DNA of 63,080 nt, the filler included. It is 4 parts of 4 records of this genome, joined end to end, with 100 filler letters (N's around TTAATTAATTAA, not from the genome) between each part and the next. Parts side by side here need not be neighbours in the genome. Positions count along the whole stretch, not along the records: positions 1 to 12,743 come from SRR31156797_1511; positions 12,844 to 37,569 come from SRR31156797_1517; 2 more parts are not named here. The stretch is one strand, 5' to 3'. The notes under the pieces are model-generated. The model was not told the DNA's origin and did not search any database. It worked only from the letters and a program-made list of their open reading frames with translations. The position numbers and the translations under genes were made by a program. The stretch's first letter is position 1; each line of letters opens with the position of its first letter. Below, piece after piece: positions 9,773 through 18,618 of the stretch.

Positions 9773-11197
9773 TCAGGCAACCGCCGCCGGGAGTTCCAGG
9801 AGTTCCGGGGAGATCCCCAGGCCCAGGAGGAAATCCTTCAGTCCGGCCCTGGCGCCGGGATCCAGTTCCGGCTGCCTGTAGCCGCCCGCCATGGCCTCGG
9901 CCATGGCCGTAATGGCGGCCATATTATTCGGATCGTTCAATGTATCCGTACCGGGCCGGTTGTGGCTCAAGGGAGAAATGAACGGCACGGTCCTGCAATG
10001 TTTCATGGTGTGGGGGCTTGTGAGGAACTCACCGCCGGGCCCGGCCTTGCTGATGACGTCAAACCCGAGGGCGTCATCATCCATGGCCGGTCCCGCCATG
10101 AGATAATCGATCATGTCCATGATCTCGAGATCCACGATAAACTGTTCAAAGGACATGGCGCCGTAACTCTCGAGGATTCCGGCGGAGTGAAGAATGAAAT
10201 CGGTTCCGGAATCACAGGCCGACAACATGGAGAGCATGCTCTCGTACCCGCTCTGGACGGAGACGCACCTTGCGTCGTTGCTGGTGCCGCCGTTCCGTGA
10301 AGGCAACCCGTATTTCCGTGCCAGGGCCGAGCAATAGCGGGACTGGATGGCAAACCCGGGGGACCCGATGGAAATGCCCCCGGTGCGAAGGTCGGCGGTT
10401 GTCGCCTGGAGGCCGTAAATCACCGGCGTTCCCGGCCTGACCATCTGGGCGAAGGCGATGGCGGCCAGGGCTTCGGCATTGCCCTGGGCGATATTGCCGG
10501 CAAGGGTGACCGGACCGGTGGCGCCCGCCATGGGCCCGGGGGAAAGGATCAGTGCCTGGCCGTGGCCGGCAACGATCCGGATGGTGTTAAGTGCATTGGC
10601 ATCTACCTGGAGGGGACTGAGGGTGTTCACCAGGGTCAGGATCCTGGGTTTTTCAGTAAAGGACCGACGACCGTTGAAAAGGATCCGGCCCATCTCCATG
10701 ACCCGCTCAACCTCCGTGGCCGTGCCCGGGATTCCCATGATCACCTTATCGGAGAGGTTAACCGTGGCCCAGAGCATGAGGGGCGTGGCAAAGGCCGCCG
10801 GAATATCCCCGGGCTGGACCAGGATGCCGCCGTTGATCTTGAAACGGTCGCTCTGGTGCACAAGCTTCACGAACTTCACATAATCATCGAAACAGGCGGT
10901 CCGTTTCGCGCCGTCCCGGTCAACCATGGAAGGGCAGCCGTAACCGGCGGCATAATGGGAGGTCCCCGCCCCCAGGGTCATGTCGTGTTCGGGATTCCTT
11001 GCAAGCAGGGTAAACCGGCCAGGGGCCTTTCCCACGAAATCCATCACCTGGTCTTCGGTAAAAAAGGCCGTGTCTCCAGATAATTTGACACCGTTCTTCG
11101 CCAGGATCTCCAGGGCCCGGGGATCCAGGAAACGGATCCCCACCCGTTGGAGAATCTCCATGGACGTCCGGTGGATCTTGTCGACGTTCTCTTTCAC
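9773..11197 (-). CDS. MttB (trimethylamine methyltransferase) superfamily corrinoid methyltransferase, no pyrrolysine
   Basis: KIHRTSMEILQRVGI, GATGPVTLAGNIAQGNAEALA, PGTPVIYG, GPGGEFL..HTMKH; uninterrupted ORF. Confidence 0.9.
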   Translation of the reverse strand: MKENVDKIHRTSMEILQRVGIRFLDPRALEILAKNGVKLSGDTAFFTEDQVMDFVGKAPGRFTLLARNPEHDMTLGAGTSHYAAGYGCPSMVDRDGAKRTACFDDYVKFVKLVHQSDRFKINGGILVQPGDIPAAFATPLMLWATVNLSDKVIMGIPGTATEVERVMEMGRILFNGRRSFTEKPRILTLVNTLSPLQVDANALNTIRIVAGHGQALILSPGPMAGATGPVTLAGNIAQGNAEALAAIAFAQMVRPGTPVIYGLQATTADLRTGGISIGSPGFAIQSRYCSALARKYGLPSRNGGTSNDARCVSVQSGYESMLSMLSACDSGTDFILHSAGILESYGAMSFEQFIVDLEIMDMIDYLMAGPAMDDDALGFDVISKAGPGGEFLTSPHTMKHCRTVPFISPLSHNRPGTDTLNDPNNMAAITAMAEAMAGGYRQPELDPGARAGLKDFLLGLGISPELLELPAAVA

Positions 11198-11206
11198 GGG
11201 ATCTCC

Positions 11207-12643
11207 CTATTCGGATTTGCGCCCTTCCAGGTCGGCGGCGATCTTGTCCAGTTGGGCAAGGATCCCGGCGTCCAGCTCCGGCACTTTGTGATTGGCAAGG
11301 ATATCGTCCATTTTTGCGTGGATATTTTTCCTCACCTCGGATTCATCGGGATTTTTCATCTTTCTGCTGAACAGGTCGGGATAAAAGATGTTCCGGAAGT
11401 TTTTCATGGTGTGGGGCTCATTGAGGTATGCACCGGCCGGGCCGACCTTTTCGATCATTTCAAGGACGAGGTCGTCGGTATCCACGGATACGCCCCGGGT
11501 ATAATGTTTCAGCATCTCGATGATCTCGTTGGAGAGCACCACCAGTTCGGGATTCACACTGTTGCAATGATCGGAAACCCCCACGTCATGGATGATGTTG
11601 GCCCGGGACAGCAATGTGGAGAAAATTTCCATGGTGGCCTCGGCGGTGGCCTGCTCATCCAGGAATTTCGCATCGGTGCAGCCGGCGGTGCCGTAAAAGG
11701 GAAGACCGTAGGAATTGACGATCTCGGAGGCCGCCGCCACCAGGAGATGAAACTCCACGGCGCCGTAGCTGCCGATGGTGGTCCGCATGTCCATTATCGA
11801 GGGCATGGCGCCGTAAATAAAGGGAGCGCCTTCGCTAACCAGCTGGGTCAGCACAAGGCCGGTCAGGGCCTCGGCATTGCACTGGGCAAGGGTGCCGGCA
11901 AAACTCAAGGGAGAGGTGCCGCCCATCATGCAATAGGGCATATAAACCACGGGAATCCGGTTCAGGGCGCTGATATACAGTTTTTCCGTGCTCTCCTCGG
12001 GATGGGTCAGGGGCGGAATGGGCTCGCAATAGTTGAAAATAAAGGGTTTTTCCTGGAGCTTGCCAAGGCCCCCGGCCACGACGGCGGCGATATCGATCAC
12101 TTCCTGGAGGGAATCGATGTCGTTGGTGGAAAAATTGATGGTCTTGCTGAAGTGCTTGACCGTCTCGATAAAAGAGATCTGGGTCTGGATATCGGGCCTG
12201 ACATCCTTGGACATGCCGACACTCAGAACAAAATGGATGTTCTCGAGGGCATCGGCCAGGGTACACATGGTCTTTGTATCCTCTTTCAGAAAATTCCTCA
12301 CCTTGCCGGTGCCGGGATCCACAAATTCCAGCTGATCCGAATGGGTACCGAAGTAAACCTGATTCTCCCGGTTGATGGTCATGGCGACCTCGCCGGCCCG
12401 GTTATAGAGCAAAAGCTCCTTTGGCACCGTTTCAAGCGCCTTGTTCACAAGGGCCTCGGGAATTTTGACAAGGCCGTTTTCATCCACCTGGCACCCGGCC
12501 TTGGCAAAGGCCTCGAGCCCCCGCTTGCCGCCCACCTTCATGCCCACCTTTTCCATGAGGTAGATGCTTGCCTCATGGATCTTCTTGATTTTCTCGGGAC
12601 CGAGAATATTAAAATCAATATTTCGCTGTGCTGCTATTCCCAT
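11207..12643 (-). CDS. MttB superfamily corrinoid methyltransferase, no pyrrolysine (second, divergent paralog)
   Basis: KIHEASIYLMEKVG, GGTSPLSFAGTLAQCNAEALTG, GAPFIYG, VGPAGAYLNEPHTMKNFR; ATG at 12643 follows GGAGG. Confidence 0.9.
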   Translation of the reverse strand: MGIAAQRNIDFNILGPEKIKKIHEASIYLMEKVGMKVGGKRGLEAFAKAGCQVDENGLVKIPEALVNKALETVPKELLLYNRAGEVAMTINRENQVYFGTHSDQLEFVDPGTGKVRNFLKEDTKTMCTLADALENIHFVLSVGMSKDVRPDIQTQISFIETVKHFSKTINFSTNDIDSLQEVIDIAAVVAGGLGKLQEKPFIFNYCEPIPPLTHPEESTEKLYISALNRIPVVYMPYCMMGGTSPLSFAGTLAQCNAEALTGLVLTQLVSEGAPFIYGAMPSIMDMRTTIGSYGAVEFHLLVAAASEIVNSYGLPFYGTAGCTDAKFLDEQATAEATMEIFSTLLSRANIIHDVGVSDHCNSVNPELVVLSNEIIEMLKHYTRGVSVDTDDLVLEMIEKVGPAGAYLNEPHTMKNFRNIFYPDLFSRKMKNPDESEVRKNIHAKMDDILANHKVPELDAGILAQLDKIAADLEGRKSE

Positions 12644-12743
12644 CTCTTCCTCCAAAGGGGCAGGCCTGACCTGACGGGCAGGCCTGCCGGACCTGAATTT
12701 CTCTGCTATGTTGCCGTATAAACGCCTTTTACAGGGATTTTAC

Positions 12744-12843
12744 NNNNNNNNNNNNNNNNNNNNNNNNNNNNNNNNNNNNNNNNNNNNTTAATTAATTAAN
12801 NNNNNNNNNNNNNNNNNNNNNNNNNNNNNNNNNNNNNNNNNNN
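12744..12843. other. Artificial contig linker (N44-TTAATTAATTAA-N44)
   Basis: N runs around a six-frame stop cassette; abrupt switch from GC-rich to AT-rich DNA. Confidence 0.98.
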
Positions 12844-12996
12844 ATTCCAAATGGAGTAAGACTCTTTTTTATATGCATTTATTTAATATCTGGTTTATTA
12901 AATTCTACTCATACGGAAAATACATCCGTTAACTCTTACTTAAGGTTTTTTAACCTATATTTTCCAACAATTTACTTGAGTTTTATCCACTTTGTT

Positions 12997-13004
12997 TATC
13001 TTTG
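12997..13004 (+). promoter_or_regulatory. Bacteroidota housekeeping promoter -7 box (TAnnTTTG)
   Basis: TATCTTTG ends 6 nt before the ATG at 13011. Confidence 0.55.
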
Positions 13005-13010
13005 TAGGCT

Positions 13011-14975
13011 ATGAAACAATATTTCATAATATTAGTATTTGTATTCGCTTTAACCAATAATTTGGTAGCACAGAAAACTCTTGGAAGTAGACCTAATGCA
13101 GGACAATCTAAAGGGGCATCCCAGGATGATCAAAACCAACTTGATAGTTTGGGGTATAATGTTGAATCTGTAATTAGAGCTTGGAAACTTTCTAATTTTG
13201 CTACAATAAAAAAGTCAATTGAGCTTGATACCATTCTAGGTGAAATTCAAAATTACAATCCGATTTATCAAAAAAGTATATCTAATTCTTATCTTGGAAA
13301 CCTTGGTTCTGCCTATCAGAGTAATGTTTTTATAGATAGAGTTACGGATGACTCATTTTTGTTTTTTAAGCCCTACAGAGCTTATATTATGAAACCGGAA
13401 GATGTGGTCTTTTTTAATACAACCACGCCATATACAAAACTATCCTACGAAACTGGTGGTCCAAAAGGACAGTCGGAGAATTTACTGAGAGCGATGCAGA
13501 CTCAGAATATAAATCCTTATTGGAATTTTGGTATAAATTATGACTTGATTTCTAGTGATGGTCAATATCAAAATCAGAAAACCAAACTTTATGATTTTAC
13601 TTTATTCTCATCATACAAAAAACGTGAGTACGGATTTGATATAGTTCTTAATACAAATCGAATGAGTATTGAGGAGAATGGAGGTGTTTTTCGAGATTCG
13701 TTAATTACAGATACGAATGAGGATGCAGAAAATATTCAGGTTAATCTTGACCAGGCTAGTAGTAGGTTGACTAATTTTAATTTTTTCATGAATCACTCTT
13801 ATGGTATCGGTAAGGAAACTGAGCTTGTTCATGAAGAGGATACTACTTATTCTTATGCCATAGATTTATTTTATTCTTTAGATTACGAAAGTAATAGCTG
13901 GAGATATAAGGATGATAATTTGACAACTGATTTTTACGATCAAAAACTTTTAGATCAATCATCCACTTTTGATAAGGTTGAACAATCTACGTTAAGAAAT
14001 ACTTTTCAAATCGTATTTAATGAAAATGAGAATAAATGGATTCGTTTAGGTGCCAGATTTGGTATTATTAATGAGTTCACCAATTACAATTTAAGAAGAA
14101 ATGTGAGTGAATACTCTTGGCAGCAGCAGGATGAAAAAATTCACAACAATCAATTGCTTGTTAACTTTTTCAGTAAATCTGGCAAATCAATTAACTGGAA
14201 TGCTACGGGAACATACTATTTTGAAGGATATAAGCAAAATGATTTTAAATTAAATTATGAACTAACAAAGTGGATTGGAGATAAAAATGAAAACCATGGT
14301 TTCTTAGTAAATGGTAAATTAGAGTCAAAAACTCCTGATTTTATTTTGGAAGAATACTATGGAAATCATCAAAGTTGGAAAACGGATTTTGATAAGATTA
14401 CCAGTTTGCAAGTAGCTTTGGAATATTTTAATAAGAAATATAATTTCAAAATTGGTGCAAATTTTACTCAGTTAGATAACTATACTTATTTCAATTTAAA
14501 TGCTCTTCCGGAACAAGCGAATAGTGGAATATCTGTTTTTACGGGATATCTTGAGAAAAAATTTCAACTCGGTAACTTTCATCTAAACCAAAAGTTGGTT
14601 GGTCAAAATAGTACTAATGAAAATATTTTACCGCTACCAAGTTTATCTATTTACAGTAATAACTATTATAAAAATGAATTTTTCAATGGCGCATTAGGCT
14701 TTCAAGCAGGTATAGCCGTTCGATATAATACAGCCTTTTATGCTCCTGATTACATGCCCTCAACAGGACAGTTTTATTTGCAGAACGAGAAAGAGTTAGG
14801 CGATTATCCAAAGATTGACTTGTATGTTAATTTTAGGATTAAAAGAACACGTATCTTTGTTATGTATGAGCACGCCAATTCTTCTATTGGTAGCAAAAAT
14901 TATTTTACTACTAATCATTACCCATTAAATCCAGCTATGCTAAAGTATGGCTTGGTTTGGACATTTTACAATTAA
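13011..14975 (+). CDS. Putative outer-membrane porin (Bacteroidota putative-porin family)
   Basis: Signal peptide, YLGNLGS, alternating beta-strand pattern, C-terminal aromatic strand KYGLVWTFYN. Confidence 0.75.
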   Translation: MKQYFIILVFVFALTNNLVAQKTLGSRPNAGQSKGASQDDQNQLDSLGYNVESVIRAWKLSNFATIKKSIELDTILGEIQNYNPIYQKSISNSYLGNLGSAYQSNVFIDRVTDDSFLFFKPYRAYIMKPEDVVFFNTTTPYTKLSYETGGPKGQSENLLRAMQTQNINPYWNFGINYDLISSDGQYQNQKTKLYDFTLFSSYKKREYGFDIVLNTNRMSIEENGGVFRDSLITDTNEDAENIQVNLDQASSRLTNFNFFMNHSYGIGKETELVHEEDTTYSYAIDLFYSLDYESNSWRYKDDNLTTDFYDQKLLDQSSTFDKVEQSTLRNTFQIVFNENENKWIRLGARFGIINEFTNYNLRRNVSEYSWQQQDEKIHNNQLLVNFFSKSGKSINWNATGTYYFEGYKQNDFKLNYELTKWIGDKNENHGFLVNGKLESKTPDFILEEYYGNHQSWKTDFDKITSLQVALEYFNKKYNFKIGANFTQLDNYTYFNLNALPEQANSGISVFTGYLEKKFQLGNFHLNQKLVGQNSTNENILPLPSLSIYSNNYYKNEFFNGALGFQAGIAVRYNTAFYAPDYMPSTGQFYLQNEKELGDYPKIDLYVNFRIKRTRIFVMYEHANSSIGSKNYFTTNHYPLNPAMLKYGLVWTFYN

Positions 14976-15065
14976 GAATTCTTAAAAATAACCAAGAATT
15001 TATATCAAATAATCTTGGTTTGAGACCTGATAATTTCTAATTTAATATTAGAAAGGGAGAATTAT

Positions 15066-16490
15066 ATGCCACAATTAAAATATATAAAACTTGTTATACC
15101 TTTGATTTTCATGGTATTTCTTCAAACTTGCAATCAGCATAGGAAAATGGCTGAAATGCAAATGCAAGAGAAGCCAATCGTGGAATTAAAGCATGTAAAG
15201 TTGCGAGGAAAACTGCGGGTTATAACAGATTACAACTCGACAAACTACTTTATATATAAAGGTAGAACCATGGGATTTCAGTACGAGATGCTGCAGGCTT
15301 TAGCCAAACATCTTGGAGTGAAGTTAGAATTGACTGTTAATAATGATCTGCTTTCTTCTTTTACAGCATTAGAAAATGGAGAAGTTGATGTGTTGGGTAT
15401 GAATTTGGCAGTTACCAAAGATAGAATGGATAAGTTCAATTTTACAGTACCTCACAGTCAGTCCAGACAAGTATTGATTCAATTAAAAGATTCAATACAG
15501 TCTAGCTCTTATATTTCAAGCCAGAATCAATTGGTAGGTAAGCACATTCATGTATCAGAGGCTTCTTCTTTTGAAGAACGACTTGAAAGCCTATCACAAG
15601 AACTTGGTAAAGAAATTCTAGTTGAAACGGAAAAATTAGAAGTTGAACAGTTAATATCTAAAGTAGCTAAGGGAGAAATAAAATATACTATTGCCGATGA
15701 AAATGTAGCAATGGTAAATCAAGCTTATTATCCTGAAATCGATATTAAGACACCTGTTAGTTTCCCACAAAATTTAGCCTGGGCTCTGCGTAAAGGAACA
15801 AATCACTTAACTCAGGATATAAACATGTGGTTAATTGATTTTCAAAAATCCAGAGAATACAAGCGTATTTATCGGAAGTATTTCAGAAGTTCCAGGATTG
15901 AGGAAATGTTATTAAGTGAATATTTTACTTTAAAAAGTGGTAAAATATCAGAATATGATGAATTATTGAAAGAAAAATCAAAAATTGTAGATTGGGATTG
16001 GAGATTATTATCTGCCCTGGTTTATCAAGAATCTAACTTTAACCCAAAGGCGAGATCATGGGTTGGAGCCTTTGGCTTGATGCAACTGATGCCGGAAACA
16101 GCTTATAGATATGATGTAGATACTCTATCATCGGCAAGAGACAACGTTGATGCAGGTGTTAGATATCTAAAATATTTGGAAGGAAAATTGGATAAAACAC
16201 TTGATGATAAAACTGATCGTCTTCAATTTTTATTGGCATCGTATAATGTTGGATTAGGTCATATTTTGGATGCTCGCCGTTTGGCAGTAAAGAATGGTAA
16301 AAATCCTGACCAGTGGAAAGGTAGTGTAGATTATTACTTATTGAATAAAGCCAAACCTGAATTTTATAATGATCCTGTTGTGAAATATGGATATTGTAGA
16401 GGAGAAGAGCCATATCTGTACGTAACTAAAATTTTGGACCGTTACGCACATTATAAAAATATGGCACTAACTGATCAATCTGGCTCTTAA
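15066..16490 (+). CDS. mltF: MltF-like lytic transglycosylase (solute-binding domain + SLT domain)
   Basis: GKLRVIT...MGFQYE SBP domain; WDWRLLSALVYQESNF, GAFGLMQLMP, ASYNVG SLT motifs. Confidence 0.85.
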   Translation: MPQLKYIKLVIPLIFMVFLQTCNQHRKMAEMQMQEKPIVELKHVKLRGKLRVITDYNSTNYFIYKGRTMGFQYEMLQALAKHLGVKLELTVNNDLLSSFTALENGEVDVLGMNLAVTKDRMDKFNFTVPHSQSRQVLIQLKDSIQSSSYISSQNQLVGKHIHVSEASSFEERLESLSQELGKEILVETEKLEVEQLISKVAKGEIKYTIADENVAMVNQAYYPEIDIKTPVSFPQNLAWALRKGTNHLTQDINMWLIDFQKSREYKRIYRKYFRSSRIEEMLLSEYFTLKSGKISEYDELLKEKSKIVDWDWRLLSALVYQESNFNPKARSWVGAFGLMQLMPETAYRYDVDTLSSARDNVDAGVRYLKYLEGKLDKTLDDKTDRLQFLLASYNVGLGHILDARRLAVKNGKNPDQWKGSVDYYLLNKAKPEFYNDPVVKYGYCRGEEPYLYVTKILDRYAHYKNMALTDQSGS

Positions 16491-17135
16491 AAATATTTCT
16501 CGTAGTTCCGATAAGATCATTGCTGTTGCACCCCAAACTTTATGACCTTTTGCATTGAAGTAAGCTGCATGTATGGTCATGCCATTTTTATCGAAACTAA
16601 ATTCATTAATATTATCAATTGATAATAGTTTTTGAATAGGCATTTCAATAATTTCTTCCACTTCAAATTGATTTAATTTGAAAACGGGTTTTTCTTCACA
16701 ATAGCCAATAACAGGAAGTACCATGAAGTTACTTACAGGAATGTATAGTTCGGTTAAGGAGCCTAGAATTTTAATCTTTTTAATTTCAACACCTAGTTCT
16801 TCATTTGTTTCACGAATTGCAGTATCTATTCTGCTTGTATCACTTTTTTCGGTTTTGCCTCCTGGAAGGCTAATTTGCCCACTATGGCTAGTGTTCCCTG
16901 TGGTTCTTTTTATAAAAGGAAGATATATTTGCCCATCCTTAGGGTAAAAAAGTAGCAAAACACTGCTGTCTCTTGCTATATTTGGATTACTTTTTTTTAA
17001 GGCATGTTCACGAATAGATGGTGACATTTTTTTTTGAGCATCGAAGCCAGGAAGACCATTTTTAAGCTGATTATTAATAGCTTCAGTAAATTTTTGCAAA
17101 TCAATTTTTGTATCCAATATATTCATAAATATCAT
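16467..17135 (-). CDS. Nudix hydrolase, CoA pyrophosphatase type
   Basis: HSGQISLPGGK...AIRETNEELG Nudix box; VWGATAMIL. Confidence 0.9.
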   Translation of the reverse strand: MIFMNILDTKIDLQKFTEAINNQLKNGLPGFDAQKKMSPSIREHALKKSNPNIARDSSVLLLFYPKDGQIYLPFIKRTTGNTSHSGQISLPGGKTEKSDTSRIDTAIRETNEELGVEIKKIKILGSLTELYIPVSNFMVLPVIGYCEEKPVFKLNQFEVEEIIEMPIQKLLSIDNINEFSFDKNGMTIHAAYFNAKGHKVWGATAMILSELREIFLRARLIS

Positions 17136-17204
17136 TTTCTAATCTTACTTAAAGATAAGTATAAAGTTAGCCTGAAATGTCAAAATATCATTAATCTTTG
17201 CATT

Positions 17205-17230
17205 AAAAAACCCGGCTGTTAAACCGGGTT
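17205..17230 (-). terminator. Intrinsic terminator after gatD
   Basis: Minus strand AACCCGG-loop-CCGGGTT followed by a U tract, 5 nt after the gatD stop. Confidence 0.7.
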
Positions 17231-17235
17231 GAGAA

Positions 17236-18618
17236 TTATTTTCTAAAATTTTTGACAAACTGTTCAACCTCCGGAACACCTCCCTGATACAACAAATATC
17301 CATTATATGGTTCTCGTTTGGTGATTTCATCATTAATAGGTGTTTCCATGATTTTAATTACCTCTTCACGATCCTTGGTTTGTCCCAATGCCCAACCAAG
17401 TTTAATGTAGGCTGCTTCAGGTAGCATATTGTCCAAAGGAATTACACCCATTGCCATTAAATCACGACCAGTATCGTAAACAAACATATGTGTATAACCC
17501 CAAAGAGTTTGTACAGTCATAAAAATATTAACTCCTTTTTCCACTGCTCGTTTTATTGCTGGATATACAGGTTTGTTCACATGTCCGAGACCAGTTCCAG
17601 CAATTATTATCCCTTTGTATCCGCAATCAACCAAAGCGTCAATTACATCGGGTTGCATGTTAGGATAGTAATACAGAATGGTAACTTTTTCTTCGAAAAA
17701 TGGTAGGATGGTTACATTCCTATCTTTTCTTCGATGATTGTACTTTTTCTTTATTGCTTTTACCCCATTCCTGGTTACAGTTGCCAATGGTGTATCTCCA
17801 AGAGTTCTAAATGTTGAACGATAACTGGAGTGCATTTTTCTTACTCTGGTTCCTCGGTGAAGGAAACCATATTCGTCTGAAGTAGGTCCAAACATACAAA
17901 CCATCACTTCAGCAATATCACCATGTCCGGCAGCTATTGCTGAATGCATAAGATTAAGTGCGGCATCGGAAGAAGGACGATCCGATGATCTTTGCGAACC
18001 AACCAATACAATAGGCACAGGTGAATTTTGAACCATGTAAGTTAAAGCTGCTGCCGTATGATGTAAGGTATCGGTACCATGTGCAATAATAATTCCTTCA
18101 ATACCATTCTCAATTTCTTTACCAATTGCAATTGCAAGAGCGATGTATTGTTTTGGTCCCATATTTTCACTAAAAACAGCAAAAACTTTTTCCGTTGTTA
18201 AGTTGCAGATATCGGCTAATTCTGGCACAGAACCGTATAATTCCCCTGGAGAAAATGCTGGAATCACAGCACCTGTTCTGTAATCTAATCGGGAAGCTAT
18301 TGTTCCTCCGGTACCAAATAATTTTACAGCTGGCTGACCTTCAGTGTAAGGAAATTCTTTTTCAGGAACTTTATAATTGGCTTTTTTATAACCGGTTTCC
18401 TTCATCTCCTCAATTGTATTCACATTTATTCCAATATTATATCCTGTGGAAATTTTGAGAACAATATGTTGATCATCATCATTTTCAGCACGAGGTAATA
18501 TGGTACCGTCGAATTCTCCTCTTGTTGTTAATATGTGAGTTTTACCCCATACTCTTACATTGTATTTTTTTAGGGTGGCTAATGCTTTTCCCTTATATCC
18601 TTGAAACAAATCTTCCAT
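17236..18618 (-). CDS. gatD: Glu-tRNA(Gln) amidotransferase subunit D (archaeal-type, asparaginase-like)
   Basis: GatD-specific N-terminal domain (GTILPR...HIVLKISTGYNIGI); GTGGTIASRLDYRTGAV, HGTDT, GSQRSSDRPSSDA, HRGTRVRKMH. Confidence 0.9.
   Translation of the reverse strand: MEDLFQGYKGKALATLKKYNVRVWGKTHILTTRGEFDGTILPRAENDDDQHIVLKISTGYNIGINVNTIEEMKETGYKKANYKVPEKEFPYTEGQPAVKLFGTGGTIASRLDYRTGAVIPAFSPGELYGSVPELADICNLTTEKVFAVFSENMGPKQYIALAIAIGKEIENGIEGIIIAHGTDTLHHTAAALTYMVQNSPVPIVLVGSQRSSDRPSSDAALNLMHSAIAAGHGDIAEVMVCMFGPTSDEYGFLHRGTRVRKMHSSYRSTFRTLGDTPLATVTRNGVKAIKKKYNHRRKDRNVTILPFFEEKVTILYYYPNMQPDVIDALVDCGYKGIIIAGTGLGHVNKPVYPAIKRAVEKGVNIFMTVQTLWGYTHMFVYDTGRDLMAMGVIPLDNMLPEAAYIKLGWALGQTKDREEVIKIMETPINDEITKREPYNGYLLYQGGVPEVEQFVKNFRK

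Noticed and set aside
9773-12643. Pyrrolysine (TAG) read-through in the MttB genes
   Set aside because: Both ORFs are full-length with no internal TAG, and no pyl genes are visible.
12658-12689. Direct repeat GGGCAGGCCTG x2 upstream of the first MttB
   Set aside because: Short, GC-rich and close to the contig edge; could be an operator or a hairpin, but there is not enough support.
11147-12721. 524-aa plus-strand ORF and other long antisense ORFs in the GC-rich contigs (e.g. 8966-9739, 1940-2692, 61007-61795, 62191-62922)
   Set aside because: Shadows of well-supported genes on the opposite strand, expected at high GC; no recognisable motifs.
12788-12799. TTAATTAATTAA palindrome repeated three times in the window
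   Set aside because: Always centred in N runs of identical length; an artificial six-frame stop linker.
17236-18618. Annotation as plain L-asparaginase next to gatB
   Set aside because: The GatD N-terminal domain, the DYRTGAV and SSDRPSSD motifs and a coupled partner with GatE-specific features favour GatDE; no gatA or gatC is adjacent.
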